From Camelus dromedarius (lineage: Eukaryota), in the NCBI RefSeq assembly GCF_036321535.1, contig NC_087436.1:76882001-76946000 (forward strand): a stretch of DNA of 64,000 bases. Reading direction: 5' to 3'. Position numbers and translations under genes: made by a program. Every line of letters begins with the position of its first letter. The first letter of the stretch is position 1. Under the pieces are notes generated by a model. The model worked only from the letters and a program-made list of their open reading frames with translations. It had not been told where the DNA came from and did no database searches. Below are positions 13,290 to 25,160 of the stretch, in pieces.

Positions 13290-13575
13290 TCCCCCTGTCT
13301 TTGTCTTATTGCTTATTATTCTCTGTTCTCATCTTAAAGGTGAGCTACTCCAGGAAGTTCTTCCTGACTCCCTCTGGAGGAAGAGAAATACCCTGCGTGT
13401 ACCCTAATACTCCATGCATTTCCTAATAGAGACTTTGTATAATTTTTTGTAATTGCTTATGAATTGATTCTTCTTCCAATAATATCATAAACTTAGACTG
13501 AGAATCTGTCTCTTTTTCTCACCAGCACCTACAACAGTTGCTGGCACGTGACAGTTGCTCAGTAAGTGTTGACTA
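13290..13575 (+). mobile_element. L2 3' fragment
   Basis: CTCCAGGAAGTTCTTCCTGACT ... CAGCACCTACAACAGTTGCTGGCACGTGACAGTTGCTCAGTAAGTGTT. Confidence 0.6.
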
Positions 13576-14073
13576 AAATTTTCTCTAGTCCAGGTTCCTC
13601 ACTACAGCTAAGAAACTGGAGCTCCAGGACAGGAACACCAAACTCCCAGTAAAGAACTCTTTTTACCACACAGCCCTGTCTTTCAAACTTTGAAGAGTGT
13701 ATTATATATTATCAGAGTAACTTTAAGTAGAGAAGGGATGATAATAAATATATTATAAAATGCAAATATGAAAAGACACACGTGGAGTTTAAAAAAAGTC
13801 TTACCATAGATAAAAGCAAGCAGAAAAAAAAATTAAATTGCTAGCTGATGGTGAGATGAGATATTATCAAAGAAAGTTGCTGACAACTCCTCAGCTGTAA
13901 AATCACATCACAACCATGACCAATTAAAGACATAACATAGGTGCTGAACCCCAGGACCTGGCCAAAAAACAAAGGAAAATCTAGAGTTATCAGACTTAGA
14001 AGGAAAGAGAAAGTTTAAAACATCTCAGTAATAGATGGTAAAGAATGATTTGTGAACACAGACACACACACAT

Positions 14074-14111
14074 ACCACCACCACCACCACCACCACCATC
14101 ACCACCACCAC
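14074..14111. repeat. (CAC)n microsatellite
   Basis: Read directly, one interruption. Confidence 0.9.
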
Positions 14112-14319
14112 TAGCACCATACATATGTAAGGGTTTTTAAGGTTTTAAAAATATCCACAGGTGAACATGTGCATCACAAAAAAAAAAAACACTGTCTAGT
14201 TAAACTCTAAACTAATAAAAAATTGAATGAGTTAGTACAAAGCCACTATGAATCAAACAGTGGACACAGGATTGTATTCCTAAATCTGACTGACTCATCG
14301 GACCATTTCAAGGACTTAC

Positions 14320-14390
14320 ACTCCCAAAGTTCTCCGCAGACAAAGCACCCAGTGGTCTTATTCATTGACATGGAGCTGTCATCAGCTCAT
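14320..14390 (-). other. Candidate 71-nt non-coding or UTR exon
   Basis: Minus strand: tttttctcccttcagttttccag acceptor and GAGT|gtaagt donor; stop codons in all three frames. Confidence 0.3.
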
Positions 14391-15128
14391 CTGGAAAACT
14401 GAAGGGAGAAAAAGTATAGGGTAAGGATTGATAAGGATAAGACAGATACTAAGAGAAAAGAGAGCCAAAAAGAGCAGAATGGTTCTCAGCAGAGGAGGGG
14501 CCATTAAACGGCCCACTTCTCACCCTTTATCTTCCTGGTGTTTTTGGTGCTGCAGCAGTTCCTGGGGTCCATGAGGAAACAAGCATGAGAATAAAAAACC
14601 ATGCTCTATGGATGACAGAAGGAAAAGAGGAAAAAGCCTGTTTAATATTACTCGAAAGATGCTTATGATTTAATATGCTTCAATATAATAGAGGAATTCA
14701 TTGGAAAGAAATGATTTATACTCTGTAATTAAACTATATAAAGCTCACTAAAAGGTTTAAAAAGTTTAAATGCACCTAACACAGGCACCACGTTCACAGT
14801 CTAGCATTCATATACACACAAAACTAACCACACAACAGATAACTACCAGTACCACACACATATGTATGTGTTAACGTAAGCTGTAGTTGGGGATATGATT
14901 AAGGGAGATTTCTTGCCTGTTCCTACTTAGAATCTTTTTTCTTTTCCTATTTGCAAATTGTTGGAAAGTAGCCTCTTTTTAATGCTTTTATAAGGAAAGG
15001 TAAACATATCTTTCCCTGTGTAAACCCTCCAATTATTTTGTTATAAAAATGTTTCCTAGGCTACCCTCCTATGTACAAATCCTATACTCACGGCAGACAA
15101 AAGTCTGCATCAAAAGTAAAGGGTCCCA

Positions 15129-15294
15129 GGGAGAGGGTGTAGCCAGTGGTAGAGTGCTTGCCTAGTAAGCACAAGGTCCTAGGTTCAATCACCAGTACCT
15201 TTATTAAGATAAGAAAATAAATAAACCTAATTACCTCTCTCCCCCCAGAACAAACAAACAAATAAAAAACAATTCAAAAAACAAAAAACAAAAC
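15129..15294 (+). mobile_element. tRNA-derived SINE (camelid vic-1-like)
   Basis: A box TAGCCAGTGG, B box GGTTCAATC, AATAAACCTAATTACCTC body, A-rich tail, near-TSD AAAGGGTCC/AAAGGGTTC. Confidence 0.9.
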
Positions 15295-16129
15295 AAAGGG
15301 TTCATGCTAAAATAGAACAAATATGTCTTCCACATTGGAGGAATATTCTTTATAAATATTTAGAATATTATAAAAGATTTTATCTGCTGCCATTTAGATG
15401 TTGTCAACAGAAATAGGACACTTGTGCAACTTGGTAAGCAAAACAATGCTTGGAAAATGAAAAAGATGGTAGTTTTTTTAATTGAATTTTTTTAAAGTAT
15501 GAAATATGTATCATTTTAAAATATGTTGTGGTTTCAACAATGCAACATAGAACATCAAAACTGGAGGAGACAAGAGAGATCTTTTAGATCATTCTAAGGG
15601 AAAGGAAACTATCAGAATTATTAAGTAACTAAAAGTTAAAGAACTCAACCAGTGCTTCTGCAGAAGACCCTTTTAACCTTTAATAACTAAAGGAGACATG
15701 GGTTGGGTGGAGACATGACTTCTTTAAGACCATGCTGTCCTGCCTCACTTCATCTGACTTTCTCTTCCCCACCAGATTCAAACCCTGAACCGATTCTCCC
15801 TCCAATCTCCCTCTCTGCCTCTCTGCTTTGTGTTCCTGACAGCTGGGTTGAGTGCAGTTCTTCTCTTTGTAGTTTTAGAAAAATGTACCAAATGAAAGGT
15901 ATTGCTCCTTCTCACTGTCATTTTATAGAACTCTCAGGTTCCAAGATTTTTCTCTAAACTTCCTTTGAAAAAAGAGAAGTCCTTAGAATAACAAGTGATC
16001 ACTCCTTCACCAGGAGTAGGGATGGGAAGAAATAATAACCCAAGGGAGAAAAAGTGATAAAAAACAACTGCTTATAGTGGTGTTTGGAGAAAATTATGTA
16101 AATATTTATGCAAAGACAGCTTTGCAGAA

Positions 16130-16640
16130 CACATCGAGCTGCATCAGGACCGCTTGTGCCAGTGCGCACAGGCAGCCTCACAGTTGGATCAACAGCCTGA
16201 AAAGCAGATGTGCCAATTTCCTGTATTTGATTATGATGATTCCTAATTATGCCAAAGCTGTGGCAATGTCCTTCCCCGGAATGACTCTTAATTTTGTTTT
16301 GCTAAACCACACACACAACCTGTTTTGGACGTGTAATTCATTGTCGCGTTAAGTCTATGAAATACTAATAGTTCTGAGGACAATGGCTCACAGGGATGCT
16401 GTTTTCTTTTTTAATGTGGCGTTCTCAAGCACGCGGGCGGGGGGCGGGGAAGAACGAAAATACGCATAGTGAGAGAGCCGTGCTGTTTAACATCAGCGGG
16501 ACTTGGGCTTTTCCACTGCAGTCTACAAATGAAAAGAATACTACACAGCTGTTCTTGAAAGGGCAGTTTTCTTGCTTTGCTTGTGTTTACATTTGCAATG
16601 TCATCAACAAAAAACTCAGGCACCACTTACGATCAGGTGT
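16130..16640. promoter_or_regulatory. Candidate enhancer or weak promoter: CpG-retaining unique sequence with tandem GC boxes
   Basis: About 17 CpGs counted by eye in about 500 bp; GGGCGG at 16435-16440 and 16442-16447; no repeat recognised. Confidence 0.45.
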
Positions 16641-16894
16641 GGACTACAAGCTACAGCAAACTGATAATACCTGATAATAGCAGATGTCAAAATTAACAAA
16701 GAGCTTGACCACTGAGGTGCTTAGACCTAACTGTACAATAGTCAGAGGAAGAAAAAGCAAAATGTCGTCATACAGCCTTCCACACAAGCCTGGAACGTCT
16801 CTGGCACACCTAAAGGTGTCTTTGCTAACCTAGACTTTAACTGGTACACTCTTTTACATCCCACAGTTGATATTTAAATTTGCTTTACAATATA

Positions 16895-17050
16895 AAATGT
16901 GCTTTTTATTTACGATCCTTTATTTACACTACACAACAATCCTGTGAGGTCAGTGCTGTTAGTACCCTTATCTATAGATGTAGAAATAAGGACAGAGAAG
17001 TTAAATTACATGCTCAAAGTAGTAGAACCAGGACTTAAACGCCAACTTGT
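16895..17050 (-). mobile_element. MIR
   Basis: CACAACAATCCTGTGAGGT...ACAGAGAAGTTAAATTA. Confidence 0.65.
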
Positions 17051-17534
17051 ACATAAATCAATGATTATTTATGAAATATCTGTGTATTAACTAGACTTGA
17101 TCTTTATTGAAAAATAGTGACAGAGGCAAAGCTTGAGTTTGGCCCTTTCTGAGTGCAAACTTTTAACAAACTGTAACTGTGTCTCTCTCTCCCTCCAGGA
17201 ATCTAGGGGCTTCCTGTTTCTCTCTGTATAAGGTATAGACATAAGCTCCTCTACCTCAGGCTCTGAGTCTATTGGTCCAATCTTTTCTCAAACCTGCCTG
17301 CTTGGCCTCTTTACAAACCTACTCCAGATTCACTCACTATAGAAAAACCATAAGGCTTCATTGTGATCTGCACTACAATGTAATCTTCCAAAGAAGGAAG
17401 ATTCTTTGTCTGTTTTCTTCATTCTGCATTTCCAGCAGAAACTTAAGCGGTGCCTGGAACACTATGGGCCTCGGTAAATATTTGTTAAATGCATATAGTT
17501 GCATACTCTTAAACTCATAAAGGAACTATCTAAT

Positions 17535-17990
17535 TATCTTAATTTGGGTTCCCTCAAAGCAGAGCATCAGACAAGGACTTAATTTGAGATCATTTATATG
17601 GAAGATGATCTCTAGAAGCAGGCATGAAGGTGTAGGAGGAATAAATTGGGGGAGAAGAAAAGCCAACATCAGGTTTCATAATCAAGTTTGCTTTCTAGGT
17701 AATGGGAGCTCAACTTGCCTAGAAGACTCTCAGAAATGTCCACCTGAGAAACAGGCAGCTGGCGCATTTATCTGTGGACTCTGTTGATTGAGGGCCTCTG
17801 TGGGAGTGTTAATAATCCCTACACTTCCAAGAAGCACAGGTAGGTTCATACAGCTTTGGAGAAGGCCCTCCTGAGGAAGCAAGCAGGAAGATACAAGATA
17901 TATAGATGCCACAACAGGAGATGAGCCTGAGTTTACAGAAAACTAAACATGGTAGCAATCGCTAAAATTAGATGTGAGCAGAGAGGATGT
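17535..17990 (-). mobile_element. ERVL LTR (LTR16-like terminus)
   Basis: TATCTTAATTTGGGTTCCCTCAAAGCAGAGCATCAGACAAGGA resembles the reverse complement of the LTR16-type 3' end. Confidence 0.6.
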
Positions 17991-18929
17991 GAAACAAAGA
18001 ACTAAAGCATCTGCTCCACCCACACAAAAGAAAATAGAGATGTTTGTGATGTTTATTCTTTGAATTATTAAAACTAGAATTTCTGGAATTTTGGAAATTC
18101 AAGAGGAAGAACGTCTTCTGATGACTAGAAGAATCAAATGTCTCAAGCATTGCAACGGCTCTTTCAGTTATTCAACAAAGTCGAAAGACACCTGGACATG
18201 GTTCAAATACAGAGATGCCACAAGCTGAATGGGAAGAATCTTAAGCCATGTGCTCAGACAGAAAAGTGAAGTTCAGAGTATATTGTTAAATTAACTTCCA
18301 CCTGAAGACTGAAATAGGAATTTAAAAATAATTAAGATTTTAAATCTAAAATAGTAATTTGTGGGAATGCAACCATTCAAGGATTGAGAGTGTGTAAAAT
18401 TTTGACAATAAAGAAACAAGGAAGGAAGTGTTTCTCAAGCTGAATCTGTAGACCTAACTTCACAAAGTCTGATGACATGATTTGGGGGGATTCACAGGTT
18501 GAAGAATACATATATATAAAAATATGTGTATATATATATATATACACACACATATATGTATACATACTATATTAAATTCACACACTCACATATACACAAC
18601 ATATATATGATTTTAGGCGATTCACAAGTTGAGGAACATATATATATATACTATATACATGCCATATACATATATATGTATTTATAAATATAGTAAATAC
18701 ATTCTGGATCATCTTGATAACCACTTTATAATAGAAATGCCCAAAACATAGAATTCTTTTTCAGATTTAAAATTTTTAATTTAAAAATTTTGAATACAAT
18801 TTGAATGACAAGTATTAAACTAAGAAGTAAAAAAAAAAAATCAAGAATCTTAATATTTTTGACAAGTGAAAGTCATGTAGTTCAGCTTCTAATTACCCTA
18901 ACCCCTAAATGAAGTAAAAGCATAGAAGA

Positions 18930-19535
18930 GTATCCTTAAATCCAAGAAGCCAATATGAAATCTCTTGGAGAAAGATACTATCTCATAGGCCTCAAATTAG
19001 CTCTATAATATTTCATATTCAATGTCAGATACACAATCCAAATTAAACAAGAATAAGAGAAGACAAGAGAATAACCTTAGGAGGGTTATAGCTCAAGTGG
19101 TAGAGTGCATGTTTAATATGTGTGAGGTCCTGGGTTCAATTCCTGGTACCCCTTCTAAAAATAAATAAACCTAATCACCTCCCCCCACCAAGATAAAGTA
19201 AAATAAAATGATACAATGGTAGACAAATAAAGTTTTTTTTAAAAAGAATAACCTGATTGAAAAAAAAAAAACATGAGAAAATAGAAAGAAAGCCACAGGG
19301 ATGTCAGCAGTAAATTTAAAATAACTATGTTTGATATGTTAAAGGAAATAAAAGAATTTTGACAGAGAACTAAAATGTATTTACTTAATACATAATTTAC
19401 TTAAAAATACATTTTAGTTAAGTAAAATACAATAACCAAATTTAGGAACTTAATACAGGGGTTTATGAGAGGATTTGATATGGTAAAGAGAGTATTAATG
19501 AACTTGAAGATAAGTTAAAGAAAAAGATTCAGACA
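18930..19535 (+). mobile_element. Old L1M 5'/ORF1-region fragment interrupted by a SINE
   Basis: A-rich L1-like text (TTTAAAATAACTATGTTT, GAACTTGAAGATAAG). Confidence 0.5.
19078..19244 (+). mobile_element. tRNA-derived SINE (camelid vic-1-like)
   Basis: TAGCTCAAGTGGTAGAG A box, GGGTTCAATTCC B box; perfect TSD AGAATAACCT at 19068-19077 and 19245-19254. Confidence 0.93.
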
Positions 19536-20427
19536 AATTTTTGTTGAGTAAATGAATTAATGTTGCTGACATGTGAGAATAAATTCTCCTAAGGCTATTT
19601 GTAATTGGGATCCTAAGTGGTCAACCTGTCTACATGAAAATTACTCCACATGACCCAAGTTTCTTCAAAGATTCAGAGAATTCCTCAATTCCTCAATCTC
19701 CACCAAAGATTACTGCTGCTCTTTTAAGAGACCCTCGCCTAGGTCATGAAGTTTGATCTCAGACTTCTGCTTCAACTCATCTTGCTTCCACTTCCTGTTC
19801 AGTATAACATTTAACAGCCTCCAGTCCTCTAGATCTTTGGGAGATCCCTTCATCTTTGGGACTGCAGAAAACCATGGAGAGCTTACTTGGGTGAAGTCAC
19901 AGTGACGCCATAACCATCTCCACTATAAGCTACAGTTTACTGTTCCCAAAATTCAAGTTTTCATCTGTCTAGACTTTGAAACACTTACATTTCCATCATC
20001 CCTTCTCTCCAAAAAGTCCTTCAGTATTCTTCCATACTGAGTTATGCACCCACTCTCTATCTGGGCAGCCCTCCTGACTCTCAGCATCACAGTCCTCATT
20101 CAAGCATTTATAAATACATGTTCACGGAGCAGGGTGCAGGGAGAAGGGGCATTAAGGCTGTTAAAATAATCCAGACTTAGACACCACTGTTCAAATTTTA
20201 ACATAGCTTTCCTCATACCACCTCCTAATCTAAGCTTCACCTTGTGATTCTCAGATTTTGGAAGGCATACAGATCATTTAGACTATAATTATTAAACTGA
20301 AAGTAAAATGTTGAAGACCCCAAAAGATAAACAATCTGATGCCTTTACACAGGGATAGCCTTACCCACAAATTATTATCATGAGCCTTTTTCAATTCCCA
20401 CAATAAGGTAGTTGAAGAAAAAGCACA

Positions 20428-20645
20428 TCTGGGTCTGGGTTTAAATTCCAGCTCTGCTTTGTATTAGCTGCATAATGTTCAGCAGGTCAGCTACCTTCTC
20501 TGTGCCCACTTCCTCATACATAAATAGGTAAAATAAAATATCCACTTATGAGGTATTTATGAGGATTTAATGAAGTACTATGTACACATTGTCTAACAAG
20601 TTCCTATCATTGAAGAAACGCACAAGAAATGTTATTATTCATTAT
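20428..20645 (+). mobile_element. MIR
   Basis: CTGGGTTTAAATTCCAGCTCTGC...TTCCTCAT...TGAGGATTTAATGA. Confidence 0.75.
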
Positions 20646-20859
20646 TGCTATTTTTAATATTATCATCCTTTTCTTCTGTTCAGTTGTCACTATATCTCAC
20701 CTTCCTGTCTCTTCTCTTCTAGTCACTCTCTCTTATTCTTTCTCAGAGCTTTTCCATCAGAGGAAAGAAAAAAAGGGTCTTATCTCTTCATGACTTCACT
20801 AAAAATTAGTCATTTACTAATAACAGGTGGGAACTTAAAAAGTGTTTATGCTGGTGGGC

Positions 20860-21208
20860 TTCTACAGACTCTGCTCAAAATTCATATTAAAACTTAATTT
20901 CCAAGGGGAAGGTCTTTGGAGGTAGGACCTTTGGGAAGGCATTAGGTCATGAAGGCGGAGCCCTCATGATGCAGCAAGATTGGTGTTCTTATGAGGGAGA
21001 CCCCAGAGGGCTCCTTTGCTATTTCCACTATGACCTTACATGAAGAAGATGGCCATCGATGAAACAGGAAAAAGGCTTTCATCAAACATCTAATCTGCTG
21101 GTGCCTTGATCTTGGGTTTCCCAGCCTCCAGAACTGTGAGAAATAAATTTCTGCTGTTTAAGCCACCAAGTATACAGTATTCTATTATAGCAGAGCCAGG
21201 GATTAAGA
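20860..21208 (+). mobile_element. MLT1A-like MaLR solo LTR
   Basis: TTAGGTCATGAAGGCGGAGCCCTCATGA ... CCAGCCTCCAGAACTGTGAGAAATAAATTTCTGCTGTTTAAGCCAC. Confidence 0.88.
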
Positions 21209-21209
21209 T

Positions 21210-21410
21210 CTGGACTTTTGAGTCAGATGGCCTCTGTTTAATGCTGGCTACATCACATCCTTGCTGCACATTCTTGGACAAGACACTTAACTTCCCAGAT
21301 ATTTTATCTGAAAAATGCAGATAATATTTGTGTCTGCTTCATGGGGTTATTATGAAGATAAAATAATTCATAGGAAGTACTTGGTACATGAGATATCCTG
21401 GGTGAATATT
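21210..21410 (+). mobile_element. MIR
   Basis: GAGTCAGA...CTTGGACAAGACACTTAAC...GGTTATTATGAAGAT. Confidence 0.6.
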
Positions 21411-22174
21411 ACCTGTTTATTTCCTATACTTTATTTTTGTATTTTAAAATAGGGAAGAGAATCACTGATTAAGAAATTTTAGGCATGAACAAGGGAGATA
21501 TTATTCAAACCTCCTAGGTATTCTGTCTACTGAAAACCTTACTTTAACAGCTTTCCTGAAGGCCACCTTTCAAGTAACTTTTTCCTTCTCTCTTGGAAGA
21601 TTTCCCCTGGGTTGCTTGTCACTGAGTCATTCCCCACTCCCAGTCTTGTTCATACATTAATCTACCCTAAGGTTAATGAATCATCTCTATATCCTGCCTT
21701 ATCATTTGCTTTTTTTCCCCTGCATAATTCCCTGCAGGGGGAAAAAAAAAAAGGAAGAAAAAAGCCATTTGGGAACAGAATATTGAATAGCCATTGAAAT
21801 TCAATGCCTTAAATACTTTTGGAAGAAGTCTCAACCCAAATGGCAAAATACCTTCTCCTTTACGTCTCCCAATGTTAGAACTCACAATTCTAATCTGTTC
21901 TCTTCTTTAAAGTCTCCAATAAAACCTTGGATACAAACACTTATGTCTGTTTAGTGATACATTGTCTACATTGATAATTCTTTGGAAAATGTAAACTTAA
22001 ACAGAAGTGTGGTGAAGAGAAGGAAGGAAGAGAAGAGGAGGATGAGAAGAAAAGGAAACCAGCTTAAAAAAAAAGGAGGAAAGGAGATGGTGAGGGTATA
22101 AAAAAAGAGAGAAGTAGAACAAGAAAGAAAATTAGGAAAGATTAGTGAAAAATGGAAAACAAAAATAAAGACTA

Positions 22175-24880
22175 GACTTCCAGTGTCTTGTTCCATGTAT
22201 AAGGAACTCACAAGTCACCACTCTGTTCTAACAACAAATAAAAATCTGAACAGATTGCAAAATCAAAAATTCTTCTTAGATCCATAAGAAAAAGGAAGAC
22301 ATAGGGAAAACCACTGCTCCCAGGGACTGGAGAGAAAGACAGGTGAATCCAGGGACTCATGGCTTACTGGAGCAGAGACTCACAAGCAGAAACCACCACA
22401 GGGAGAAGTGCTGGAGTAGGACAAGCTGAGCTGTAATTGATGACTCGCTGGAGGTTCAGTGAGGACAGTTAAAACTCAGAGGGACCCAGTCATAGGGAGA
22501 GGCCCCAAAATATTGTGAGATTTACCTACAGACAGTGACCAGGTTCCCACAGTAAATATCAAGAAAAATCCTCTTGTGCTTATGGCAAAGGGAGGGGAAA
22601 AGGAACCATCTTGAAATAAGCCAGAGCATCTGTGCCTTCAGGGGTAACTAGTTAATCAGAATTAACCTGCTGGGGGTATTATCAAAGTCTAATTGTCCTG
22701 AGGGAAGGGAACTATCAAAAATCCAGCCCACTCTGGTCACCCTGTCCCAAATAAGGAGGGCGAAAAACTGAGAAATGCTTGTGAAGTTCACAGTTCAGTG
22801 GCAAATGCTCACTAAAAGACAGACCTAATCATAAGACTATAGAATATTTCCCCTTGGCCAACACCTTACCACCTCATTACTCAAGGCTTATTTACAGCAG
22901 TTTTTATTTTTAACCCAGTACAAAATGTCTACCTATCAAAAAAAGCACCAAAAAACAAAAAACAAGGCATATAAAAAGACAATTTATTCAAAGAAGTAAT
23001 AGCTGAAAACTTCCCTAACCTGCAACAGAAAACGGAAACAGATATCCAGATCCAGGAAGAACAGAGAGCCCCAAGCAAGATGAACCCAAGGGAATTCACA
23101 GTGATGCATTATAATTAAAGTGACAAAAGTTAAAGATAAAAAAAGTCTTAAAAACAGCAAGGGAAAAACATAGTTTTTACATACTTTATGTATAAGGGAA
23201 CTATGGTAAGATAATCAGTTGACTTTTCAGCAGAAACTTTGCAGGCCAGAAAGGAGTCACATGGTATATTTAAAGTGCTGAAAGGGAAAAATCTACAACC
23301 AAGAATACTCTACCTGGTAAGGCTATCATTCAGATTTGAAGGAGAAAGAATGAGTTTTAGAGACAAGCAAACACTAAAAAGAATTCAGCACTACTAAACC
23401 AGCTTCAAAAGAAATGTTAAAGGGACTTCTCTAAGTGGGAAAGAAAAGACCATAACTAAAATTTGCAATTTATAAAAGGAAAAATCTCATTGATAAAGAC
23501 AAGTTAACATTAAAGGTAGTAGATCAACCACTTACTAATGAAGTAGGAAGATTAAAATATGAAAGTATTAAAATCATCTACATCCACGAAAAGCAGTTAA
23601 GGAATTCACAAAACAAAAAGATATAAAATATAATGTTAAAAACAATGAACATTGGGAGGGTTCCAGTTAAAATGCTTGGTTGTTAAATTGTGTTAGATTT
23701 TAAGAAATCATCAACTTAAAATGATCTTGTGTATATTTGTAGGTTTCTATATATAAAGGTCATGGTAACCACAAACCAAAAACCTAAAATAGATAAATAA
23801 ACAAAAAAGAAAAGGAATCAAAATATAATACTAAAGATAGTCATCAAATTACAAGAGAGCAAAAGAAGAAAAAAAAAGGAATATAAAAACAACAAGAACC
23901 AATTAGCAAAATGGCAACAAGTACATACCTATCAATAATTACTTTAAATGTAAATAGACTAAATGATCCAATCAAAAGACACAGAGTGGCTGACTGGATA
24001 CAAAACACAGATTCAGTTATGCTGCCTACAAGAGGCTCACTTCAAATATAAAGACACATAGACTACGAGAGAGGATGGAAAAAGGTATCCCACGTAAATG
24101 GAAATGAAATCTAGGGTAGCAATACTTGTATCAGACAAACTAGATTTAAAACAAAGTCTGGGACAAGAGACAAAGGAAGACAATATATGATGATAAAGGG
24201 ATCAAACAAGAACATACAACATAAAGAAAATAAAAACAGAACTTATAAAAATTTATAGGATGCAACAAAAGCAGTGCTTAGATGGAAATTTATAGTGTTG
24301 AATTAATATATTAGAAAAGAAGGAAAATATAAAATCAATATTCTAATAAAGGAATAATATGAACAATTCAAATTTGATAATCTAGATGAAATAGACTAAT
24401 TCCTTGAAAGACACAATTTGCTAAAACTCACACAAGAAGAAATAGACAATGTGAATAGGCCTATGTCTATACTGTGTAATTCCAACTATACGACATTCTG
24501 GAAAAGGCAAACTATGGAGACAAGAAAAATATCAGAGGTTATGAGTTTGGGGGAAAGGGATGAATAGGTGGAGTACAGAGGATTTTTTAGTGCAGCAAAA
24601 ATACTCTGAATGATACCATTATGATGCATACATGTCATTACATTAATGTACAACACCAAGAGTAAACCCTATTGTAAACCATGGACTTTGTTGATTATGA
24701 TGTGTCAATATAGGTTCATCAATTATAACAAAAGTACCATCCAGTGAGGGATATTGATAAGGGAGAGGCTATGCCCATGTCAGGGCAGGGGTAAATGGAA
24801 AATCTCTGTACTGTCTTTTCAATTTTGCTGTGAACCAAAAACTGCTGTAAAAAATAAAGTCATAATAAAAAATTAAATTA
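22175..24880 (+). mobile_element. Internally deleted or composite L1: 5'UTR, ORF1 C-terminus, ORF2 start, ORF2 scraps, L1MC-type 3'UTR
   Basis: ORF1-like AATAGCTGAAAACTTCCCTAACCTG at about 22998; ORF2 start at 23911 reads MATSTYLSIITLNVNRLNDPIKRHRVADWI; 3'UTR from about 24470; candidate TSD at 22161-22174 and 24881-24894. Confidence 0.88.
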
Positions 24881-24914
24881 AAAAGTAAAGACTAAAGAAA
24901 GTGGGACGTAATTA

Positions 24915-25160
24915 ACATGGTGATTAAGAATACTGGTTATGGAGCTTGACTGACTCCATTCACATTACAGCTTTACCACTCACCAGCCATATAACCTAGA
25001 GCGATACGGTTAGCCTCTCAGTGCCTCCGTTTCCTCATCTTCAAAATGAGGATAACAGTACCTACCTCAAAGGGTTGTTGTGATTAGTAAGGTAACATAT
25101 GGAAAGCACTGTGAACAATTCCTGGAATATAAGTGCTCAAAAAGTAGCTGTGGTTGTTAC
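24915..25160 (+). mobile_element. Near full-length MIR
   Basis: GCCTCCGTTTCCTCATCTTCAAAATGAGGATAACAGTACCTACCTCAAAGGGTTGTTGTGA. Confidence 0.88.

Noticed and set aside
19078..19155. tRNA-like sequence (also near 15130 and 53700)
   Set aside because: These are SINE heads with SINE bodies, tails and TSDs, not tRNA genes
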